Source of the DNA: a virus
Reading direction: 5' to 3' (one strand)
Virus record (IMG/VR): IMGVR_UViG_3300017746_000002
Coordinates: 1 to 64,000 of that record
DNA: 64,000 bases
Shown here piece by piece: positions 33,887-42,755 of the stretch. Below the pieces are notes generated by a model that worked only from the letters and a program-made list of their open reading frames with translations, was not told where the DNA came from and ran no database searches. The translations under genes were made by a program, and so were the position numbers. Every line of letters starts with the position of its first letter. The stretch's first letter is position 1.

Positions 33887-35746
33887 ATGAATTTAAACAA
33901 CAAAATACTTAGTGATATTACTGTCTATATGAAGTACAGTAGATATATTCCAGAATTAAATAGAAGAGAAACTTGGGATGAGCTAGTTACTAGAAATAAA
34001 GCAATGCATTTAAAAACATATCCTAAACTTAAAGAGGAAATTAAAAATGCATATGAATTTGTATATGACAAAAAGGTTTTACCTTCAATGAGGTCTATGC
34101 AATTTGGTGGCAAACCTATTGAGATTTCTCCTAATAGAATATATAACTGTGCTTATATGCCTGTTGATCATATTGATTCTTTTGCTGAATGTATGTTTCT
34201 TCTTTTAGGTGGTACTGGTGTTGGGTATTCTGTTCAAAATCATCATGTTGCAAAACTTCCTCCTATAAATAAACCTTATACAAAAAGAACAAAAAGATAT
34301 TTGATAAGTGATTCAATAGAAGGCTGGGCTGACTCAGTTAAGTTATTAATGAAATCATACCTTAATGGTAGATCTTCTAAGATTATATTTGATTTTTCAG
34401 ACATTAGACCTAAAGGAGCTAGACTTGTAACGTCTGGGGGTAAAGCTCCTGGTCCTCAACCACTTAAAGAATGTTTATTAAAGATTGAAGGTTTATTAAG
34501 TGCTAAAGAAGACGGTGATCAACTGTCTACATTAGAAGTACATGACATTGTGTGTCATATTGCTGACGCTGTGCTTGCTGGTGGTATTAGACGTGCCGCT
34601 CTTATTAGTTTATTTAGTGCTCATGATGATGAAATGATTTCTTGTAAGTCAGGTAACTGGTGGGAAACAAATCCTCAAAGAGGAAGAGCTAATAACTCTG
34701 CTGTATTAATGAGACATAAAATAACTAAAGAGTTTTTTATGGATATATGGAAACGTGTTGAACTTTCTGGTTCAGGTGAACCTGGGATATACTTAAACAA
34801 TGATAAAGATTGGGGAACTAATCCTTGTTGTGAGATTGCTTTAAGACCTTATCAATTTTGTAACCTTTGTGAGGTTAATGCAAGTGATCTTAAATCACAA
34901 GAAGATCTTAATGAAAGAGTAAAAGCAGCTGCATTTATTGGTACACTTCAAGCAGGTTATACAGACTTTCATTATCTTAGAGAGGTGTGGAAAGAAACAA
35001 CTGAAAAAGACGCTCTTATAGGTGTTTCAATGACTGGTATTGGAAGTGGTAAAGTGTTAAAACTTAATACGTCTGAGGCAGCATTAATTGTTAAAAAAGA
35101 AAATGCACGTATTGCTAAATTAATTGGTATAAGAAAAGCAGCTAGATGTACTACTGTAAAACCTGCAGGAACAACATCCTTAACATTAGGAACATCATCT
35201 GGTATTCATGCTTGGCATAATGATTACTATGTGAGAAGAATACGTGTTGGTAAAAATGAGGCTATATATACTTATTTAGCAGATAATCACCCTGAGTTAA
35301 TTGAAGATGATTACTTTAGACCGCATGACACTGCAGTAATTAGTATACCACAAAGTGCTCCTGAAGGTTCTATCTTAAGAACTGAATCATCATTTGATTT
35401 GTTAGAAAGAGTTAAGAAAGTTGCAACTGAATGGGTAATGCCTGGTCATAGAACAGGATCTAATAGTCATAATGTGTCTGCAACTATATCATTAAAAGAA
35501 GATGAATGGGAAAAGGCGGGTGAATGGATGTGGAATAATAGAAAGCATTATAATGGTCTTGCTGTATTACCTTATAATGGTGGTACATATACTCAAGCTC
35601 CGTTTGAAGATATATCTAAAAAGAAATTTACTGAAATGCTTAAACATCTTATGGACATTGACTTGTCTAATATAATAGAAGTAGATGATAATACAAACCT
35701 TAAAGGAGAGTTAGCTTGTGCTGGCGGATCCTGTGAAATCACATAA
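33887..35746 (+). CDS. nrdJ: Class II (adenosylcobalamin-dependent) ribonucleotide reductase
   Basis: PSMR, YNC, GGTGVG, RRAALI, TNPCCEI (thiyl Cys), CNL, TTVKPAGT, and C-terminal CAGGSC. No beta subunit is adjacent. Confidence 0.93.
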   Translation: MNLNNKILSDITVYMKYSRYIPELNRRETWDELVTRNKAMHLKTYPKLKEEIKNAYEFVYDKKVLPSMRSMQFGGKPIEISPNRIYNCAYMPVDHIDSFAECMFLLLGGTGVGYSVQNHHVAKLPPINKPYTKRTKRYLISDSIEGWADSVKLLMKSYLNGRSSKIIFDFSDIRPKGARLVTSGGKAPGPQPLKECLLKIEGLLSAKEDGDQLSTLEVHDIVCHIADAVLAGGIRRAALISLFSAHDDEMISCKSGNWWETNPQRGRANNSAVLMRHKITKEFFMDIWKRVELSGSGEPGIYLNNDKDWGTNPCCEIALRPYQFCNLCEVNASDLKSQEDLNERVKAAAFIGTLQAGYTDFHYLREVWKETTEKDALIGVSMTGIGSGKVLKLNTSEAALIVKKENARIAKLIGIRKAARCTTVKPAGTTSLTLGTSSGIHAWHNDYYVRRIRVGKNEAIYTYLADNHPELIEDDYFRPHDTAVISIPQSAPEGSILRTESSFDLLERVKKVATEWVMPGHRTGSNSHNVSATISLKEDEWEKAGEWMWNNRKHYNGLAVLPYNGGTYTQAPFEDISKKKFTEMLKHLMDIDLSNIIEVDDNTNLKGELACAGGSCEIT

Positions 35747-35761
35747 CTAATTAAAAAAACT

Positions 35762-36088
35762 ATGATAATAGATACAACAGTTACAACAGAAAACATTAAA
35801 GAGAAACTAAAAGAAAATGAAATTATGCTTATACAGTTTTGGGCACCTTGGTGTGGACCTTGTAGAGCATTAACTCCTACTATGGATGACCTAGAGGATG
35901 ATTTTGGTAAAGTAATTGGTAGATGTAATACTGATGACAATCAAGATCTTGTACAAGAATATGGTATAAGAGGAATTCCTGCAGTAATTATGTTTAAAGA
36001 TGGTAAAGAAGTAGAAAGATTTGGTGGTAACACTAAAAGTTTCTTTACAGAAAAACTTAACTACTATTTAGGTGCTCTAAAACAATGA
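35762..36088 (+). CDS. trxA: Thioredoxin
   Basis: WCGPC and GIP, directly after the RNR. Confidence 0.95.
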   Translation: MIIDTTVTTENIKEKLKENEIMLIQFWAPWCGPCRALTPTMDDLEDDFGKVIGRCNTDDNQDLVQEYGIRGIPAVIMFKDGKEVERFGGNTKSFFTEKLNYYLGALKQ

Positions 36089-36867
36089 AGTATATAATTT
36101 CATTTACAACAAGTCCAACTAGAATACATAAGTTTGAGAGCATGTTAAATAGTTTATTAACTCAAACTGTAAAACCTGATCTAATAATATTAAATATACC
36201 TAAAGTTTTTAAAAGAACTTCTGAAGAGTATGACATTCCTAATGGGTTAGAAGATAAAATATTTATTAATAAAATAGATAAAGATTACGGACCTGCAACA
36301 AAAATTATACCAACAATACAATATCTTAAAGATAACAATTTTAATCCTACTGAGACAAGAATAGTATATTTAGATGATGATGTAAAGTATCCACCAGCTA
36401 TGCTAGAAGTATTTAAAGAAATGCCTAATGATAATAGCGTATATGTAAGTTCAGGTGCTGACTTTAGGTGTGGACCTGGTACTTGTGATAACCTACGTGC
36501 AGTTAGGAGACATAATGATACGGCTGCAGCTGCTGAAGGGTATGGTGGTGTTTGTGTAAGGTTAGATACATTTAAGGATGATTTTATGGAATACATAAAT
36601 ATATATATAGACAACATGGATTTTTATCTATCTGATGATGTAGTACTAAGTAACTATTATTGTAGTAAAGGAGTATCTATTAAAGTGATTAATATCCCCG
36701 GAAGATTTAGTGTACAAGATATATGGATTAACAAAGGAACATTAGACTACGGATATAAAGAAGACGCATTACACAAAGGTGCTAATGGAACTTCAGTTAA
36801 TAATGAGCAACGTTACAAGAATGTGTTATCTCAACTAGGTATTGATGGGAATAGGTATATTACCTAA
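36085..36867 (+). CDS. GT-A fold glycosyltransferase
   Basis: ISFTTSPTRI, SLLTQT, DYGPATK, YLDDD, EGYGGV, and SDD. Confidence 0.85.
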   Translation: MKYIISFTTSPTRIHKFESMLNSLLTQTVKPDLIILNIPKVFKRTSEEYDIPNGLEDKIFINKIDKDYGPATKIIPTIQYLKDNNFNPTETRIVYLDDDVKYPPAMLEVFKEMPNDNSVYVSSGADFRCGPGTCDNLRAVRRHNDTAAAAEGYGGVCVRLDTFKDDFMEYINIYIDNMDFYLSDDVVLSNYYCSKGVSIKVINIPGRFSVQDIWINKGTLDYGYKEDALHKGANGTSVNNEQRYKNVLSQLGIDGNRYIT

Positions 36868-36935
36868 ATAGCTAGAGCAAAAACAGTACACATAATAATA
36901 ATATACAGTATTGGGGTTATATCTATCTTCTTCAT
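36864..36935 (-). CDS. 23-aa hydrophobic peptide (not in ORF track)
   Basis: MKKIDITPILYIIIMCTVFALAI*. Confidence 0.4.
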   Translation of the reverse strand: MKKIDITPILYIIIMCTVFALAI

Positions 36936-36986
36936 ATAAATAAGATAGATAATATAACTTTAAACTATGTTATGAAAATGTTAAGG

Positions 36987-37322
36987 CTATGTTAAATAAT
37001 TGCATATATCATACATAGAATACTTTAAAGTAAGCTCTTCACCTGCTGTTATCTTACGTGTAGTTCTTAGTCTTTTATATTCTGGATCTTCATCTTCAAC
37101 AAGCTCACAGTTAGCTTCATCAGAATGATTAATGAATCCACCTAAAGGAGTTCTAATATAATCATGTTGAAAGTTAGGGTCATACACATGACTAATTCCC
37201 ATATCTATTTCAGCGGGTATATCATCCTGAGCAATAATACCAGCTCCATGTATATCAGAAGGACCAATAGCCAAATAATCAGGTAGTGGTTTATAGATCT
37301 TAGTTTTACAGTTTTTTTCCAT
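36987..37322 (-). CDS. Stand-alone SET-domain (lysine methyltransferase-like) protein
   Basis: S.IHG.G..A..DI, GGFINHSDEANC, and I.AGEELTLKY. Confidence 0.92.
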   Translation of the reverse strand: MEKNCKTKIYKPLPDYLAIGPSDIHGAGIIAQDDIPAEIDMGISHVYDPNFQHDYIRTPLGGFINHSDEANCELVEDEDPEYKRLRTTRKITAGEELTLKYSMYDICNYLT

Positions 37323-37324
37323 AG

Positions 37325-40300
37325 TTATTTAATGTAGAAGTCAGTGATACGTTCATATCCCTTCCATCTGTTTATAGTATAAAGAATAGGTAGGGCATCT
37401 CCCCATTCTTTTCCAAGTTTCATTTTTCCTTTTCTATCTCCTCTTTTGTATACATAACTTGTTTCAGAAAATGCTTCATCATCTAAAAACGCATAAGATA
37501 AACCTGTACCAACAGTTACTTCCATAGCTTGACCTAGTTCACCCAACGTTCTTGAAGCTGCTATAGGTGACTTAAACAGTTGCATCATTTGCTGATAACC
37601 ACCCATACCAGGTACAGGGTTAAAAGTTACAAGTTCTTTTCTTAATCTATCTGCTTGATATACTAATACATTTTCTAGTTTCTTTTTTACTTCACTATCA
37701 TCATCGTCATCTTCAAATAGTTTCACTAATAAATTCCTAACTATTATTGTAGTTATAAATAATCCTAGCTCTCCTATTGTTCTATATGCATTCTGTAGCT
37801 TCTGCTTTCCTTTTACACCATGATGTTTCTTATAGTTCTCATGTATACTACCCAGTTCATTTATATTTTTATAAAAGTACTTCATAAAGTTCCAAAAGCT
37901 TAAGTATCTTCCTTCTGTATATCCTAAGTTTTCATCAAAGTATTCTGGTCTAAATCTAGTTTGTATAGATGGCACTACCCACTTATGAAACTGTGCTGCT
38001 AATTGACCTAAAGCATGAGACTGTATAACCATTCTATCTTCATAAGCATAGTTACCATGTATAATTTTATTTACTTCTCTTATATTGTTTCTTATCTCAT
38101 ATCTAGCATCATCATTCCATTCCATGATTTTATCTCTACCGTACATCTGTACTTGATCATACCCTTCTTCCATCTCTAGGGCACCTGTCTCTCTGTTAAA
38201 TATTAATGCATCGTATAAACTCTTTGTTTCTCCTGTTTTACTATTTATTGCAGTATGTGATCTTACTATAACATTACCTATCTTACTTTGTACATTAAAT
38301 TCACCAGCATCCTGAAGAAAGAATCCCCAGTTTGTTAATCTTCTCCACAAACTTTCTTTATCACCTTTTGTTTGTTCACGTAAATCTGATTTATCATCTA
38401 ACATTCTAAAGAAATCTACACTGGCTAAATACTTACTACTAAAGTTAGCAGGCTTCCATTTACTATTACTATCTGTCATCTCAGCTAATCTTGAAAATGC
38501 ATCTTGCAACGCTCTACCATTAAACTCAGCAAGAGTGTATGCCATTTGACTTCCATCAAAGTGTCTAGAACCTAGTGTCTCAATACTATTAGATAATCTA
38601 CCAAATAGATAGTTGTTTAAGTTACCAAAGACGTTAAACCCTACATAAGCTAATGATGTCTGATTAATAAGACCTTTGGTCATCTTTTCAAAAAAGTTTA
38701 AAGTATCCTGATCATTACCATAATATGTCATCTTCATCCATTTCCTAGCTCTTCTATACCTTCTTGATTCTTCTTTAGTTTTTTCACCAGGGACAAGATT
38801 ACCATCTTCATCATATGTAGCTTCAGATCTATCTTGTATAACTTTCATCATAGCAGTATAAGTATCTTCAGCTTGACTCATCACTTCATAATTTTCTGCC
38901 ATAGCTGAAAACTTTAATAGAACCTCATCTAAATTTAAATTTAAATTAGTTGCTTCTGGTCTGCTTTCTATTTTATTTTGTTCTCCTCTTAATACTTTTA
39001 ATTTTTTATTAATTTTATTTTTTTCTGCAGCAGTAGTTGCTTGAGCATACTCAGTATTAGCAGCATCAATTTGATTTTGTATGTCTATTAATTGTTGTTC
39101 TGTTCTTATGGATCCAACATACATTAAAGGAAGTGAGTCTGTTATTATATTACCGTTTTCATCTGTAAATGTCTTTTTAAGTTTTATTGTAGGATTAATT
39201 AAATTACTAGTACCTCTTTTCATACTAGCCCACATTCTTCCTACCATAGTAGACTTGTTTTTTAAACCTTTCATTTGAACACCCTCCATAACAGGAAGCC
39301 TTCCTAACATTCTTATATTATCTGGAAGTTTATTTAATAGTTCACCTTCATACACATCCATCCACATTTGATAAAACTCTAACTGTGCTCTCTCAAGTTC
39401 AGTTTTAGGGTCATGAAGCTTTAACCACTGATCACTTCTCATTTCTGTACCATCTGCTGCCCGTTTTCTTATTTCTCTAAATGTTCGTTTAGGTGCACTC
39501 ATGTGTGATATAACTATACCACCAGTAGGAATACCATCACTATCTGTTATTGCTTTTTCATAATCAAAACTATCGTAATATTTAGCTCTATAATCATTCC
39601 AGTCTTTATCACTAACAGAGTTTCTTCTTACCCAGTAACCAAATTCAGATTCTGGTTCTTGAAACCATACCTCATGCTTTTCTCTTGCATCTTTAAATTT
39701 TTGAGAGTATCTATGGAATTTACCATCTCTAGGTCCTGCAGCACCAAATCTTTCTGCTTTCATATAATCTCTATAGTCTCTTTTATCTTGAAACAATTGT
39801 TTATTATATGCAATGTCTTCTGGCTTTGCATTATCTAAATTTTCAGGATCAATTAATCTATATGTTTTATACTTACCATCTTCATCATAAAGCTTATCTC
39901 TAAGTACTTTTCTTTTTTCGTAGTATTGTTTACCTATTTCTTTTACATATCTTCCTGTAGGTATACCATTTTCATCTGTTTCAATCATCCACATGAAATC
40001 CTCATTGCCTAATTTCTTTAATTTTAATGATGCTGCTTTAATCCTAGGGGCACGTCTAGCAACTCTATCTAATACTATTTGTCTATCTCTTTTCCAGATC
40101 TTAGCCATTAAAGCAGAAATAGGATCACTTGAAGTATTCATATCACTAACTGCTTCATCCACAACACCTATGTCTTTAGCTGTAGTCATTATCTCATTAA
40201 GTTCTTCTTCAGTAAAATCTCTTTGTGATTTACTTTTTACCAATGCTCTAACATAATTACGTATACTTGCATCAAAGATACCTTTATCACTTGGAGACTG

Positions 40301-42754
40301 TGCATTACTTATACCAACTAATTCATTGAGTTTTTTTATTAGTTTATTTACCATTAATAATTGATTCTTAGTTAAACCAGAATCTTTCCCTTGTAAGTTG
40401 TGTAGACCTCTATAACTCTCAACAAACTTTTGCCATCCTAGAATCTTTCCTATATATTCTGGCTTTCCAAAATTATCTGGATCTGTTGCATATTCCTTAA
40501 AGTTTTCAATAGTTCTTAATGACGCTGTTATTATGTCCATGTATATTGTTTTAACCTTTTCAGGATTCTCATATACTTCTCCAATTAGAGCTCTTGTTAC
40601 AGAAATTTCTTCCAGGATCTCTTTCTTACCTTTATCTAATGAGATATAACCTCTAGTATTAGAAAGAACTTCCTGTGATGTCATTAAACCTTTATCAAAC
40701 TTAGTAAGAGCTTCAAACAAAGCATCATAAGTATCATAAGAATAATCTTCTTCATTTTCAGGTAATGCTTCTTCTTCAGTTAAGAAATCTTCTTTAGCTT
40801 CAGGAGCTTGTTCCATTTCTAATATTTCTTCAATAGTAGTTTGTTCTACAGAATCAATATCTAATGGAGCAATTTTTTCTACTTGCATTTTATTTACAGT
40901 AGATTTAACAGGTGTTATGCCTTCTATAGTATGGGTATTACCTTCTGCATTAATATTTATTACTAAACTGTTTTCTGCTAACTTATATCCCATATTCTCA
41001 AGAAGTCTTCTTTGTAATGCAGAACGTGTATCATTAAGTATTTTTGTTGAAACACCTTTTTCAAATAGTTCTGACTCAGTAGATATAATATCTTGAGAAT
41101 ATGCTGTTGAAAAACTACTAAGTCCACTAATAGATAAACTTATTGGTGTAATTACTCCGTTAACATCTACTTTTAATAAATCAATGGTGTCTGCAATACC
41201 GTTCTCAGAGTTACCAATAACTACATTAGGAACAAATACACTCCTATCATCATGAAGACCATACCCATGTACAATTGCACTTAGTTGACCCATTAATCTT
41301 TTAGCTGCTTGATCATTAAAATAATCAAAACTTAGATCTTCAACTTCTGTTTGAGTAGTTAACCCTGTAAGTAGAGTATGAAAATCAGTTCTTATTTTTC
41401 TATTAACAGAATCAGTGCTGCCTAGTATAACTTCTTCTGTGCTTTTAAATTTTATACTTGCATCATCTACATCTTTATACTTACCATCTTCTAATGTAAT
41501 TCTATTTAATCCTAATATGTCATGTTCAAACTTATCAGACTTTAAATTATTAAATAAATTCTCTACTATTGCTACTTGAGTAGGATTAGCGTGTTTTTTT
41601 ATAGCATCAAGATTACTCTTTGCCTGCGGTGTTAATGAAAACATTACTGTTGGGCTAACACTTTTAACTAGATTAAACTTTAGTTTATCAGTGTTTAATA
41701 TCTTTGCAATATCAGATAATGTAGCCGTAGAGTTAATATATTCTGTTTTTAATGGTAATCCTTGCCCTACATGTTTTCTATAGTAATCACCAACTATATC
41801 TTTAAACCACTTTAAGAACTCAATAATATTATTATACCAAGCCCTACTAGGTGTTGACTCATATTCTTTATTGAAATGTCTAACTAGTGATTGTGTAACT
41901 AATTCTAATGCTCTTACCTTTTTTGAAAATCCTCTTTTGTACGTATCTTCAATCTGTTGATTTAATACAGGGAATGTTTTTTTTGCTTCTGCATGTAATT
42001 TATTGAACAACTCTTGATTATCTAAAAATAAAGATTCAACAAAAGGATGTAACACTTCTTCTACTGCTGTATCTTTTGTTACTCTCCCTTTTATAAGTAT
42101 AGCTGTTCCATCATAGTAAAAGCTTTTTACTTTTTTAAATTCTGTCTTAGTTGGTCTAGCTTGTGCAGGTAGTGTGCTTAAAAAAAACTCAGCTTCTTTC
42201 ACACCCATAACTTTAACCTTAAGTCCAGGAAATTTTTCTACAAGACTATCTACTAACTGTAATATATTTGTTTGATCTTTATACTTTTTACCAGAATATG
42301 GTGACTCAGATATAATATCTTTAGGATTAAATAAACCATCATCAAAAAATACCTCATATGTTTTACCACTTCTAGTTGGTTCAATTCTTATGTAATCTTG
42401 AAAACCATGGTGTAAAAGATAGTTTCGTATTAATAAGTAATTATACTTAGCCCTTAACATATTACCTGTCGTTTCACCAGGTGTTGTGTTTTGTACAAAA
42501 TATCTACCGTCAACTTTTGCAATTAACTTTTTCTTTTTTAAGTTTCCATATAAAGAATTTTCAAAGTTCTTTTTTTCTAATGAAAAATATGCTTTCCTAT
42601 CTGCTAATAAGTCTTCTACTTCCATTACTGAAGGTATTAAATCATTTTTAGAAGCAGCTTGGTAATTAGTAATCAAAGCATCAACAATCATTTTGTCTTT
42701 ATACTTATCTTCTAAAGCTTTATATTCTTTTGTATTTACATTAAAACACGCCAT
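37325..42754 (-). CDS. 1809-aa virion/ejection protein with degenerate zincin and nuclease-like domains
   Basis: AVEEVLHPF and GIADTIDLLKVD. C-terminal HGNY...QFHKW helical region. Directly downstream of the vRNAP. Confidence 0.75.
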   Translation of the reverse strand: MACFNVNTKEYKALEDKYKDKMIVDALITNYQAASKNDLIPSVMEVEDLLADRKAYFSLEKKNFENSLYGNLKKKKLIAKVDGRYFVQNTTPGETTGNMLRAKYNYLLIRNYLLHHGFQDYIRIEPTRSGKTYEVFFDDGLFNPKDIISESPYSGKKYKDQTNILQLVDSLVEKFPGLKVKVMGVKEAEFFLSTLPAQARPTKTEFKKVKSFYYDGTAILIKGRVTKDTAVEEVLHPFVESLFLDNQELFNKLHAEAKKTFPVLNQQIEDTYKRGFSKKVRALELVTQSLVRHFNKEYESTPSRAWYNNIIEFLKWFKDIVGDYYRKHVGQGLPLKTEYINSTATLSDIAKILNTDKLKFNLVKSVSPTVMFSLTPQAKSNLDAIKKHANPTQVAIVENLFNNLKSDKFEHDILGLNRITLEDGKYKDVDDASIKFKSTEEVILGSTDSVNRKIRTDFHTLLTGLTTQTEVEDLSFDYFNDQAAKRLMGQLSAIVHGYGLHDDRSVFVPNVVIGNSENGIADTIDLLKVDVNGVITPISLSISGLSSFSTAYSQDIISTESELFEKGVSTKILNDTRSALQRRLLENMGYKLAENSLVININAEGNTHTIEGITPVKSTVNKMQVEKIAPLDIDSVEQTTIEEILEMEQAPEAKEDFLTEEEALPENEEDYSYDTYDALFEALTKFDKGLMTSQEVLSNTRGYISLDKGKKEILEEISVTRALIGEVYENPEKVKTIYMDIITASLRTIENFKEYATDPDNFGKPEYIGKILGWQKFVESYRGLHNLQGKDSGLTKNQLLMVNKLIKKLNELVGISNAQSPSDKGIFDASIRNYVRALVKSKSQRDFTEEELNEIMTTAKDIGVVDEAVSDMNTSSDPISALMAKIWKRDRQIVLDRVARRAPRIKAASLKLKKLGNEDFMWMIETDENGIPTGRYVKEIGKQYYEKRKVLRDKLYDEDGKYKTYRLIDPENLDNAKPEDIAYNKQLFQDKRDYRDYMKAERFGAAGPRDGKFHRYSQKFKDAREKHEVWFQEPESEFGYWVRRNSVSDKDWNDYRAKYYDSFDYEKAITDSDGIPTGGIVISHMSAPKRTFREIRKRAADGTEMRSDQWLKLHDPKTELERAQLEFYQMWMDVYEGELLNKLPDNIRMLGRLPVMEGVQMKGLKNKSTMVGRMWASMKRGTSNLINPTIKLKKTFTDENGNIITDSLPLMYVGSIRTEQQLIDIQNQIDAANTEYAQATTAAEKNKINKKLKVLRGEQNKIESRPEATNLNLNLDEVLLKFSAMAENYEVMSQAEDTYTAMMKVIQDRSEATYDEDGNLVPGEKTKEESRRYRRARKWMKMTYYGNDQDTLNFFEKMTKGLINQTSLAYVGFNVFGNLNNYLFGRLSNSIETLGSRHFDGSQMAYTLAEFNGRALQDAFSRLAEMTDSNSKWKPANFSSKYLASVDFFRMLDDKSDLREQTKGDKESLWRRLTNWGFFLQDAGEFNVQSKIGNVIVRSHTAINSKTGETKSLYDALIFNRETGALEMEEGYDQVQMYGRDKIMEWNDDARYEIRNNIREVNKIIHGNYAYEDRMVIQSHALGQLAAQFHKWVVPSIQTRFRPEYFDENLGYTEGRYLSFWNFMKYFYKNINELGSIHENYKKHHGVKGKQKLQNAYRTIGELGLFITTIIVRNLLVKLFEDDDDDSEVKKKLENVLVYQADRLRKELVTFNPVPGMGGYQQMMQLFKSPIAASRTLGELGQAMEVTVGTGLSYAFLDDEAFSETSYVYKRGDRKGKMKLGKEWGDALPILYTINRWKGYERITDFYIK

Positions 42755-42755
42755 A

